Assembly: GCA_964019335.1 (NCBI GenBank) | Contig: OZ025650.1 | Span: 496,001-560,000 of the forward strand | DNA from: Diplonema japonicum | Taxonomy: Eukaryota > Protista > Euglenozoa: Diplonemea | DNA: 64,000 nt | Direction: 5' to 3' | In this document: piece by piece, positions 1 to 8,131 of the stretch | Layout: each line of letters begins with the position of its first letter | Position numbering within the stretch: the stretch's first letter is position 1 | The notes under the pieces: model-generated | The model's input: only the letters and a program-made list of their open reading frames with translations | The model's database searches: none | What the model was told of the DNA's origin: nothing | Translations under genes and position numbers: made by a program

Positions 1-6
1 AAGAGC

Positions 7-99
7 TCAGTGGTCAGGACAAATTGCAGTTACTGTCGTCAGGAACGAGTGTTTCCGACTGAGAGATCAGGTATTTGATAACTTACAGGTTGTCATCAG
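7..99 (-). ncRNA. box C/D snoRNA family H
   Basis: Minus strand: TGATGA...internal CTGA...CTGA with terminal stem AGAGC/GCTCT. A near-identical copy at 55378-55470 is conserved only between the boxes. Confidence 0.8.
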
Positions 100-330
100 T
101 GCTCTGTAGTTTCCTTTGTTTGATGTCTCAAAATGATTTTCGAGTATCTTGTCGGGCAAGGAGGTGCAATAAGAATAATAAAAAAAAGGGGGTTGACGAA
201 ACGGGGGGTATTTTTTTTTTTCTTATTTTTTTTTTTGTTCTTTGATTCTCACTCAGAATCTTGGGGTTGGGAGCCAGTTATTGGGGATTGCAATCGTTGG
301 GTGAGGGAGTCATAACGATCAACCTACTTC

Positions 331-1812
331 CTACTTCTTCTTGGCGATGACCTTCTCGGTGGTCTTGGTGACCTTGCCAAGCATGACGACACCGTTGCCC
401 TCCATGATGGCGACACGGGAGAGACCCTCGCAGTTCTTGAAGGTGTCGACGACAAGGGGCTGCTGGGGGGCGAAGACGACCTCAGCCATCTCGTTGGCCT
501 TCAGGCAGTGGGGCTCCTCAGCCTTCTTACCGCCGGTCTCCTTACCCATCTTCCACACCAGCTGGGTCATCCTCACGGCGGACCTACCGGTCCTCACGAA
601 GCACACGGGGGTGTACCCGACCTTGAGCTCACCGGGGTGGTCCAGGATCTGCACCTGCGCGTTGAAGGTACCGGCCTCCTTCAGGGAGGCGTCCTTCTTG
701 TAGATCATCACGTCACCGGTCCTGGGCATGTTGTCCTTGTTGAGACCCTTCACGTTCAACCCAACGTTGTCACCAGCCTTGGCGTCCTCGCACCTCTTGT
801 GGTGCATCTCGCAGGTGAAGACCTTACCCACGCACGCGTTGGCGGCGGTGTGGGTGGGGAGGAAGAGCACTTCCTCACCGGGCTTCACGATACCCTGCTC
901 CACACGACCGGTAATAACATCACCGACACCCTTGATCTGTATTTATTTGTGTGTGCGTGCGTGTGCGTGTGTTGTTTATTTTATTTCTATTTTGTTGTTT
1001 CATACCTTGTACACACCCGAGACGGGCATCCTCATGGGAGCGTCGTTCTTCCTCTCAGGCATCCTCACCATCTTGTCAAGAGCGTCAACAAGGGTGTCGA
1101 TGTGGAGCTTCTCGTCAGCACCGACAAGAACATCCTGACCCTTCCACCAGTCCATCTTGGTGGACTTCTTCAGAAGGTTGTCACCGATCCAACCCGAGAT
1201 GGGGAGGACGGGGACGTTCTTCTCAACGAAGTCCTTCTTCCAACCGGTCTTCACCAACATGCTCTTCATCTCCTCCTTGATCTCGTTGTACCTCTCCTCC
1301 TTGTACTGGGCGACGTCGCAGTCCATCTTGTTGATACCAACGATGAGCTGCTTCACACCGAGAAGGTTGATGAGACGGGCGTGCTGCCTGGTCTGCCCCT
1401 GGATCTCACCAGCCTTGTGGTTACCCCTCGCGATGGCGGACACGAAGTTACCGTCAGCGGGGATCATCAGAAGGGCCACGTCGGCCTGCGAGGCTCCGGT
1501 GATCATGTTCTTGATGAAATCCCTGTGCCCGGGGGCGTCGATCACGGTGTAGTGCCACTTCTCCGTGAAGAACTCCTTGGTGGTGCAGGCGATCGTCACA
1601 CCACGCTCACGCTCCTCCTTCTGCCTGTCCATGTAGAAGGCGAAGGCGAAGGACTGCTTACCGAGACGCTCAGCCTCAGCCTTCAACTTCTCCATCTCAC
1701 GCTCGGGGATTCCACCAAGCTCGAAGAGGAGACGCCCGGTGGTCGTCGACTTCCCGGAGTCGACGTGACCGCAGATCACGATCGACAAATGCTGCTTACC
1801 GTCGGTGGCCAT
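331..1812 (-). CDS. EFL: elongation factor-like GTPase EFL, copy 1 (exons 1006-1812 and 331-936; 470 aa)
   Basis: [14 protein letters not shown] and NKMD motifs plus EFL-type signatures ([33 protein letters not shown]). Removing the 69-nt GT-AG intron 937-1005 restores YK|IKGVGDV. Confidence 0.95.
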
Positions 1813-1829
1813 GGTTTATGAGTTGATAG

Positions 1830-1885
1830 CTGTCGGGGGGTGGGTGGATGGATGGATGGATGGGTGGGTGGGTGGGTGGGTGGTG
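1830..1885 (-). promoter_or_regulatory. putative SL trans-splice acceptor of EFL with (CCCA/TCCA)n tract
   Basis: Minus strand (CCAC/CCAT)n CCCCCGACAG ends 17 nt before the ATG; same arrangement in all three EFL copies. Confidence 0.55.
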
Positions 1886-1954
1886 ATGGTTTTCTTTCTT
1901 TTTTTTTTTTCCCCCTCCCTTCTCACTCCAAAAAATTTACTGCAAATAATTTCT

Positions 1955-2033
1955 TCAGCGTTTATCAAATATCATCCCCAGTTTGCCTGCAAAGCAGTCA
2001 AATAAGCTACTCTTATCGTGTTTGGATCATCAC
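1955..2033 (-). ncRNA. box C/D snoRNA family A
   Basis: GTGATGA...GATGAT...CTGA, 79 nt; three copies; target not recognised. Confidence 0.75.
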
Positions 2034-2091
2034 AAGAATTCAAAAGCAAGCCAAAAGAAAACCAAGGCAAAGAGAGTCACCCATCAATGAA

Positions 2092-2161
2092 AGTTCTAGG
2101 ACAAGAAATGATGAGCTGAAGTAGGTAGCGAAGCACAGTCACAACTCGAGGCATTGTCCAG
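2092..2161 (-). ncRNA. single-hairpin AGA-box pseudouridylation guide, family 1 isoform a
   Basis: Stem GGACAA/TTGTCC, pocket TGCCTC + ATCATTTC, then AGA. The pocket fits the conserved LSU motif AAUGAU-UA-GAGG. Confidence 0.85.
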
Positions 2162-2235
2162 TGAAAACTATTCCGCAAAGAAAAACAGACGGAAAAAGGG
2201 GTTGGAGGTACAGACATAAACAACAATACAAAGAA

Positions 2236-2316
2236 TCAGATAAGAAACCGAAATACAAAGATTATAACTCACGAAAGTATTCATGTGAAACACGGAACAT
2301 TGTACTTTTTCATCAT
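2236..2316 (-). ncRNA. box C/D snoRNA family B (LSU UGAAACACGGA guide)
   Basis: ATGATGA...TCCGTGTTTCAC-ATGA (D')...CTGA; the guide is antisense to conserved LSU CUUGAAACACGGACC. Confidence 0.85.
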
Positions 2317-2347
2317 CTCTTTGAGGGGTGGCATTGTGTCTCCTGTC

Positions 2348-2414
2348 TGATCTTGGAACAGGGAGTATACTGTTGGCAGCATGGGTGACCCCGCCACAGA
2401 GCTGTTTGTTCCCT
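2348..2414 (-). ncRNA. single-hairpin AGA-box guide, family 2
   Basis: Stem GGAACA/TGTTCC + A-AGA. Pocket CAGCT + ACTCCC fits LSU GGGAGU-UU-GGCUG. Four copies in the window. Confidence 0.8.
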
Positions 2415-2479
2415 CTTGGAGGGGAAAGCCTTCAAAAGGAAAAAGCAACGAAAGAAGCCCTAAAAAAGCTGTAAAAGGT

Positions 2480-2570
2480 TCAGCGGTGTCCTAAGGGTAA
2501 TTAAGTTGCCATTTCTCGGGCATCGCACCTTGTGCTCCGACTGGGGCGGCATCATAGTGATTGTCATCAT
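2480..2570 (-). ncRNA. box C/D snoRNA family C (dual LSU guide)
   Basis: ATGATGA...CTGA; guides TGCCGCCCCAG and CCTTAGGACACC are antisense to neighbouring conserved LSU motifs CUGGGGCGGCA and GGUGUCCUAAGG. Four copies. Confidence 0.9.
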
Positions 2571-2642
2571 CTAGTAGAGGAAAGAAACAGTCAAAGGAAA
2601 CAGTCCCCCTTCCCGCACCTGGGAAAACACAGGTTTGTGTGG

Positions 2643-2729
2643 TCAGGTAAAACCCGAAAGTCAACTTCACACAGCAAAAAAAATAATGCATCAGGTCTTG
2701 AAACACATTGTGGAAAGTAATGTCATCAC
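2643..2729 (-). ncRNA. box C/D snoRNA family D
   Basis: GTGATGA...GTGTTTCAAGAC-CTGA...CTTTCGGGTTTTAC-CTGA; antisense to LSU GUCUUGAAACAC and ACCCGAAAG. Confidence 0.9.
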
Positions 2730-2771
2730 TTCAACTCCTTCTCATTCATGTTAAATGTTTCCCTCATGCAA

Positions 2772-2842
2772 ACCTCTCGAACAAGAAATGATGAGCTTGA
2801 GGTAGGTAGCGAGGCGCAGTCACAGCTCGAGGCATTGTCCTG
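2772..2842 (-). ncRNA. single-hairpin AGA-box guide, family 1 isoform b
   Basis: Same pocket as 2092-2161 with diverged but pairing-compatible stems; AGA at 2775-2777. Confidence 0.85.
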
Positions 2843-2890
2843 AAGACTTTCTTCCTGTGTGTCTTGCAGACACAAAGTAAAAGGAAGGTT

Positions 2891-2957
2891 GTGTCTTGCC
2901 ATGAAGTTGCCCTTGCAGTGCGAGAAGGGGCGTCCTGCAGGTTTGATCGTCATGGCG
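2891..2957 (-). ncRNA. single-hairpin AGA-box guide, family 3
   Basis: Stem GCCATGA/TCATGGC + A-AGA, upper stem TGCAG/CTGCA; target not recognised. Confidence 0.75.
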
Positions 2958-3008
2958 GAAAGTGAATGGAAGTGTACGAAACAAACGGAACGGGGCAACT
3001 AGGGCCAC

Positions 3009-3080
3009 AGCTCTTGCCCGAGTCATTGACCTGCAGTGGCGATGTCGAAGACTGCGCCCAGAGGCTGGTTACCAAGGGCG
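3009..3080 (-). ncRNA. single-hairpin AGA-box guide, family 4
   Basis: Stem GCCC/GGGC + A-AGA, upper stems CCT/AGG and GCAGT/ACTGC. Identity with the copy at 54679-54750 ends at the hairpin base. Confidence 0.65.
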
Positions 3081-3116
3081 GGTAAGAAACAATAACTTCT
3101 GCGTCTTCCTGGTTGC

Positions 3117-3206
3117 TCAGAAGTTGTGAAAGCTTTATCAAGAGTGTTGTATTCAGCCGGAGGCCTCGTGGCCCCGTCGTATAGTACCGATCCTGTTTCT
3201 CATCAT
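3117..3206 (-). ncRNA. box C/D snoRNA family E
   Basis: ATGATGA...CTGA (D')...TTGATA...CTGA; three copies with differing flanks. Confidence 0.8.
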
Positions 3207-3294
3207 CGCAGGTGGCAGGGGGGGAGAGGGAAAGAAAGCTGGATCCATTTCCGGGGGATGAGGAAAAACTATGAACAACAACAACAAACAAGAG

Positions 3295-3385
3295 TCAGCC
3301 TCCTCGACCTATTCTTTGGGTGCTCATCTCCCAGGGGTTTCCTGGAATGCACAGAGATTCCTTGTGTAAAAACAAAAATCATCAT
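3295..3385 (-). ncRNA. box C/D snoRNA family F (LSU CUCGACCUAUUCU guide)
   Basis: ATGATGA...AGATGA...AGAATAGGTCGAGGAGG-CTGA; antisense to the conserved LSU motif YUCRACCUAUUCU. Three copies. Confidence 0.85.
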
Positions 3386-3465
3386 TTGTTTGCTCTCCTG
3401 CTGTAGTTCGTGTAGTTTGTTCTTCTTTTCTTTTTTTCTTCCCTCTCCTCTTCCTTTTCAACTAT

Positions 3466-3640
3466 TTATGTAGGACCACACCAAGGCACACAAAAGACAC
3501 ATGGAAGGAAGTGAAGGTGTGCTGGTTAAATGTGGTTCTGAGCTTTGCTGTTGCGTGCGTTGAAAAGGGAGGGCGGGATCTTTTGCTTCTCCCCAACAGA
3601 GTGTGCGGAGACCCATCCCTCCCAAACCTGTCGCCACGCG
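3466..3640 (-). ncRNA. two-hairpin box H/ACA RNA
   Basis: Hairpin 1, H box ACAGCA (3546-3551), hairpin 2, then ACA (3469-3471). The pocket tops lie 15 and 14 nt from their boxes. Compensatory G-C to A-T change versus the copy at 55156-55330. Confidence 0.8.
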
Positions 3641-3696
3641 TCCGGGAGTGCTGCTGCTGGTGGTAGCGGTGGCGCTTCGGAAGCAAAGTGGTCAAC

Positions 3697-3763
3697 TCAT
3701 CTTGGAACAGGGAGTATACTGTTGGCAGCATGGGTGACCCCGCCACAGAGCTGTTTGTTCCCT
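3697..3763 (-). ncRNA. AGA-box guide family 2, additional copy
   Basis: Identical to 2348-2414 over the hairpin only. Confidence 0.8.
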
Positions 3764-3811
3764 CGCTCTTCTTTTTCTTTTTCTTTCTCTTCTCTCACCA
3801 TTGATCAGAAG

Positions 3812-3904
3812 TCAGGTAGGGTGTTCTTGGAATCGTTGCTCAACAAGTGATTGTTTGAAGATCTTCAGATTGGCTAGGGCGGTAGAATTCCAGGTTGTCA
3901 TCAC
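3812..3904 (-). ncRNA. box C/D snoRNA family G
   Basis: GAAG-TGATGA...CCGCCCTAGCCAAT-CTGA...CTGA-CTTC with terminal stem. The D' guide pairs LSU UUGGCUGGGGCGG with one G-U. Confidence 0.85.
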
Positions 3905-3935
3905 TTCAATAGGAGCTTTGGTGACAAAATAAAAG

Positions 3936-4015
3936 TCAGCTAGGGGCGAAAGAACAAAGTCACATTGTCTAGTAATTCAACAGAAATGATTTGTTAAAAT
4001 TGTTCAAATCATCTT
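3936..4015 (-). ncRNA. box C/D snoRNA family I
   Basis: Variant C box AAGATGA; D' guide AATCATTTCTG-TTGA; D guide TCTTTCGCCCCTAG-CTGA is antisense to conserved LSU UAGGGGCGAAAGA. Confidence 0.8.
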
Positions 4016-4204
4016 GTCCCCCCCCCCCCCCCCCCCCCTTCTCGCAATCAAGTAAAAATAATATAAATTAGAATAGGCTAAACCAAGGATAGTAAATCGA
4101 TAGGAGTAACGTTAAGAAAAAAAGGGGGGAGAGGGGGGAAGGGGGATTAAAACATAATGGGAACAGCTGCAGATTAGAGAAATTAAAAGGAAATAAAAAA
4201 AAAT

Positions 4205-4360
4205 TTGCGCTCACCGCATTAGTGAGATACCTCGTCCTGTCCCCCGAGTGCTCGACCCATAATAAAAGCTAACCTTTGTGCCATCTGGCCCTTTAAGGCT
4301 TCGTAGGGCTAACTGTATGTCGTCAACCTATTCCAGTTTAGCTACAAAGAATGGGTCTCC
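4205..4360. mobile_element. short structured element, possibly a non-autonomous Helentron-like element (HINE)
   Basis: Inverted repeat GACCCAT..AGCTAA / TTAGCT..ATGGGTC plus terminal hairpin CTCAC/GTGAG next to an A/T run. Confidence 0.3.
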
Positions 4361-4788
4361 AAGAAACCAAGAAAAAGAAGGGGAGAAAGGGGATGGGGGG
4401 GGGGGGGGGGTAGAAGAAACCAATTTCATTTCTATTCACGTTGCTTTGATCGTGCCACCTTTCCCTATTCCGTCTTCCTCCTATTTCTTTCCTGTTAAAG
4501 GAAAGAAAGAAGAGGGAAATAAAATATAGAAAAAAAAAAGGAGAACACGACACCAAAAGAGAAGACGTGCATCGTTTTAGCCTTTTGCTGAACGCGTAAA
4601 AACAAGCTCAACTTTTTTTTTATGGTACATTTTTTTTTTTTTTTTTTTTTCTGGCTTAGTGTTTCCTCGTGTCTCTCCATTTTCTATATCTTTCCATTCT
4701 GTGCTTGTTAAAAAAAAAAAAAGAAAAACTCCTCACAACGAAAAACAAAAACCAGCAGATTTTTTTATGTTGCCACGTCCCCCGTTAA

Positions 4789-5949
4789 CTAAAATACAAC
4801 GCCCCATGTCCCCGACACAGGGTGGTAGGTGAGGTGGGTGAGGGAGCAATTCTTCACAGTGTGCTGGAAGGGTTTGTGGCCGAGGATGGACCTCACGAGG
4901 GCGGAGATGACACCACCATGTGTGACGACCGCTATGTGCTGCCCTAAGAAGGAGGCGTCCTTGAGGGAACACAGGGCACGAAGCGCCACGTCTCGGGCAG
5001 ATTCACCATTTGGCCATCTCTTTGTGTGGTTAAGAGACCGCATGAAGGTGCGCACTGCAGGGTCAGTTGACATGCAACCCTCGAAGCTGCCTAAACTAAT
5101 CTCCATCAAACGCTCGTCCACCACATGCTCACCAGGCAGCTCCTCTTCAGGGAACATGAGAGATGCAGTGTCCATAGCCCGCTGCAGCGGTGACACAAGA
5201 ACAGCATCTATCCCGTCAGGAAGGACGAGGCCTGCCCGTGCCTCCGACGCTTGCCGCATCCCGCGATCGGTAAGAACTGTGTCCTTCTGCCCTTGCAGCC
5301 GCCCGATGACGTTCCAGTTGGACTCGCCATGCCGCACCACGTAGTAGTGCACGAGACCCTTGTCGGGGACCTTCCGACCTCCTTTCTTCCGCGACGCCGA
5401 CAGCACCGCCTCAACAGGGCACCACAGGTACTTTCCATCGCCAAACATTATTTTCATCGTCCCGTCCTCTGCGCATACTTCCTGGACTGTTCCCTTCTTC
5501 CCTAGATATGAGAGGACTGCTTGGTTCCATTCCAAAGTGTCGTGTGAGGTGTACGTGTTGTGGACGAGCGTCTCGTCGGCTTCAAGGCTGACCCACTCCC
5601 CTACCGTGTATGTTGTCTTTTGGAACCCTGTGTTCGATGACAGCGGGGAGTAAGGGTTCAGGTGTTGTTGCTGCTGCTGCTGCCGCTGTCTTTTCCGTTC
5701 CTTCTTGCTCGCTGAGGAGTCACGCGAGCTGTTGCTGTCCCAGCTGCCCGACGAGGCGCTGAAGGAAGGGTTGCGGTCGCTCAGGGTGAGGCACTGAGGT
5801 GTCTCTTGTTTTTCACAGAGCGGTTTCACGTACCCTTCACCGCTGCTGCTCCCGCCGCATTCTTCATCAGCGTACTCATTCCACTGCAGAAATGTGATCC
5901 GTCCCTTGTTGTTCCCTTTGGTCTTTTTTTGCCTCACACCAGGGGTCAT
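4789..5949 (-). CDS. histidine phosphatase (phosphoglycerate mutase family) with Mind-bomb-like SH3 repeat
   Basis: RHGES, SPLQRA, LMEISLG, GES and VTHGG motifs; the upstream VGEWV...W...LGKKGTV...W.P segment resembles the Mib SH3 repeat. ATG at 5949 follows a CAG. Confidence 0.85.
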   Translation of the reverse strand: MTPGVRQKKTKGNNKGRITFLQWNEYADEECGGSSSGEGYVKPLCEKQETPQCLTLSDRNPSFSASSGSWDSNSSRDSSASKKERKRQRQQQQQQHLNPYSPLSSNTGFQKTTYTVGEWVSLEADETLVHNTYTSHDTLEWNQAVLSYLGKKGTVQEVCAEDGTMKIMFGDGKYLWCPVEAVLSASRKKGGRKVPDKGLVHYYVVRHGESNWNVIGRLQGQKDTVLTDRGMRQASEARAGLVLPDGIDAVLVSPLQRAMDTASLMFPEEELPGEHVVDERLMEISLGSFEGCMSTDPAVRTFMRSLNHTKRWPNGESARDVALRALCSLKDASFLGQHIAVVTHGGVISALVRSILGHKPFQHTVKNCSLTHLTYHPVSGTWGVVF

Positions 5950-6022
5950 GTTAAGTGTCTGAGGATGGAGTATCAAGTAGTGGGATTGAAAGGAAAAAAG
6001 AAAAAAACCCCTCTCATGCTAC

Positions 6023-7229
6023 CTAAATAGCATTTCCCCCGATTTTCTGGTCCAACCCGTACCGGTGCTGCAACATCTCCCGTTGCTCTCTTTCAAGATC
6101 CAACCTCTTCCGCAGGGAAGGATTGAACTCCAGTATTTCCCGTCGTTGTTGTAAAAGCTGTTTTTTTTTTTTTTTTTTTTTTTTTTTTCTGCTTCCCATT
6201 CTCATCTTCCTTTCACACACCATCGGATGGACGTATTTCTGCTGGTACCACAGCAAACCAACTCCAACAGAGGTTATTCCTATACTTGAGGACAGGAACG
6301 CTACCCACACCTTTATCTGTTTTTTTTTTTTTTTTTTTTTTTTCATTTAACTCCATCAAAATTTCCGTGGATGGGAGTGAAAATAAAAATTCACTTTATT
6401 TTCACGCTCCGGCTTCTAAAAGAAATTAGGCCCAGGAGTGAAAAAATTCTGATAGCGTTAAAATAAGAAATATTATTTCACTCCTGGGCCTAATTTAAGC
6501 AAAACCCTCCAAGAATTCTTACCAAGGTTCCTTTGGGATAGGCAAGAGCCCGACTGCACAAGAGGCGGACGCAGCAGGGTTCACCCCCTTCCAAGAGCCA
6601 TACGAAAAGGAGTGGGCACGCTTTTGTGTTTCATAATTATAGGAAGGAAAAGAAGGGCCCGTCCGAAAGAAGAGGATTCTATTCTCTAGTTCAACGACAT
6701 GAAGCAAGGCCTGCTGCCCGTTCAGTCCGGGCGGCTTATTCAAGGCTAAACTCGGTTGTGAGGAGGAATTACAACAAGCAGTTGCAAAAGGTCCCCCTCA
6801 AGAGGTTCCAAGAAGGCGAGTCAACAAAAAAGGCGAACATCTTTACCCAAGAGCAAATGACAGAATTCTTTAGCACCGAGGTATGGCATCGTCCGCCACG
6901 CTAAACATGTGCACTACCGAGGCACATATCCGACACCTGTTGTAATTGGTACCACCTGTACCTCCCACCCACTCAAATTCTGCTGTCGTTAAATAAAATA
7001 TCGTATTTGTGAATATAAGATTGATGATTTCACTTGTGGTGGCAGTTTTGACTCGTTAAACGTTATAACACTCGCTTCGCTCGTGATATAACCGTCACTC
7101 GTCAAAACCACTGCCACCACGCGTGAAATCATAGGATCTTATATTCACTAAATAAATAGTTATTTTTTTTTTCCCCGTTTCCTTTCTTCCTTCGTCACAT
7201 ACATGAACTTCTCTAGTCATCGGCGCCAT
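6023..7229 (-). CDS. small single-TM protein (about 85 aa; exons 7203-7229, 6221-6316, 6023-6157)
   Basis: Phase-0 GT..CAG joins give MAPMTREVH|IKVWVAFLSSSIGITSVGVGLLWYQQKYVHPM|LLQQRRE...GNAI and remove both poly-A (poly-Lys) runs. Confidence 0.55.
6350..7160 (+). mobile_element. decayed Crypton-like (tyrosine recombinase) element
   Basis: Left hairpins (AAATTAGGCCCAGGAGTGAAA inverted repeat) and a right imperfect palindrome of about 150 nt centred on ACTCGCTTCGCTCGT. Frameshifted peptides YEKEWARF and YSRLNSVV...LKRFQEGESTKKANIFTQEQMTEFF resemble the N-terminal part of CryptonI-type recombinases. Confidence 0.65.
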
Positions 7230-7769
7230 ATTTTCTTCTTTTTTTTCCCTTCTTTTTTTAAATGTGTTCTTTTCTCCCTTACCCAATGGGCATTGCTGTG
7301 TATGAGGGGGGTACAGTTTTAGGCTCAAAAGCTATACGAAAAAAAAGAAGAGGGGGGGAAATATACAGTAGAAAAAAGAAGAAAAAGAGAGTAAAGAAAA
7401 GAGAGAGAGAAAAAAACCGTATTTTGCAAAAAAGAAAAAAAATATATGAGTTAAAGGAGGCCGGTGTTGGCGGCGCCCTGCACAAGAACTGTCTACTTGA
7501 TTACAGGGGGCGCGCCGCGGCCGAGTTGTAGCTTCTTCTGCGTTCCGCGTCGTGTCCTTAATGCGTGCGGTGTACAGCTCAACCCCAGCCGGTGCGTCCC
7601 GGGTAACCAAGATTCTGCGCTCGTGCAGTTTGCTGCCTGTTCGTCACCCTGAGCATCTGCATTATGTTCTTCCACTCGGGCGCTACCGGTGATGACCGAC
7701 GAGGAGGTCAACAGCGAACAACACATCTGATGTTTTTCTTATATTTTCATGTTATCCCCACCACCCTTT

Positions 7770-8131
7770 TTTTTAAAAAGAGGCCCGGAGGCCTCCCCCG
7801 TTTGTCCCTTTACCTTTACATTACGACTCACTGGTACTGGCACTGGTCTCTTGACATCCCCGCCCTTTGGTGCTGTTCGCCAGTGAGTATCAGGAACTAC
7901 AGGTTAGTTTGTTGGTTTTATGCAAGTGGCCACCACTTTCCAACTTGGTGGAGTTGTTGGGTTTGGGGATCCCTCCACCGGCGGTCCAGGTTCAAGTTCC
8001 AGATGGCGGAACTTTTCGTCCGGTCAGCCAACCCGACAGGTAGAGGATGATATGCTAATACTAGCGCTGACGCGGAATCGAACCAGGAACCGGTTAGTGG
8101 AGGTCCTAACCGCTAGTGCGAACTCGCCGGC
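7770..8131 (-). mobile_element. tRNA-headed SINE-like element or Pol III ncRNA
   Basis: Head 8131-8066 has A-box-like CTAGCGGTTAGG, B box GGTTCGATTCC and a 6/7 acceptor stem. The body ends in hairpin GAGGCC/GGCCTC + TTTTT + A run. Confidence 0.5.

Noticed and set aside
508-1821. 437-aa plus-strand ORF (also 52166-53479, 56516-57829, 16440-17753, 14401-15630)
   Set aside because: Antisense shadows of strongly codon-biased genes; no domain, and they run through intron sequence.
2101-2120. Plus-strand ATGATGA/CTGA suggesting a plus-strand C/D RNA
   Set aside because: Boxes are only 1 nt apart; the minus-strand hairpin-AGA model with an LSU-matching pocket explains it.
1955-4015. CRISPR array, SL RNA gene or rRNA fragments
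   Set aside because: No regular repeat-spacer period and no SL exon; the rRNA-like 10-14-mers are isolated and adjacent to D/D' boxes, so they are guide complements.
7460-7730. GC-rich island with a 77-aa minus-strand ORF after a CAG
   Set aside because: Could be a small gene or exon, but no motif or consistent splice partner was found.
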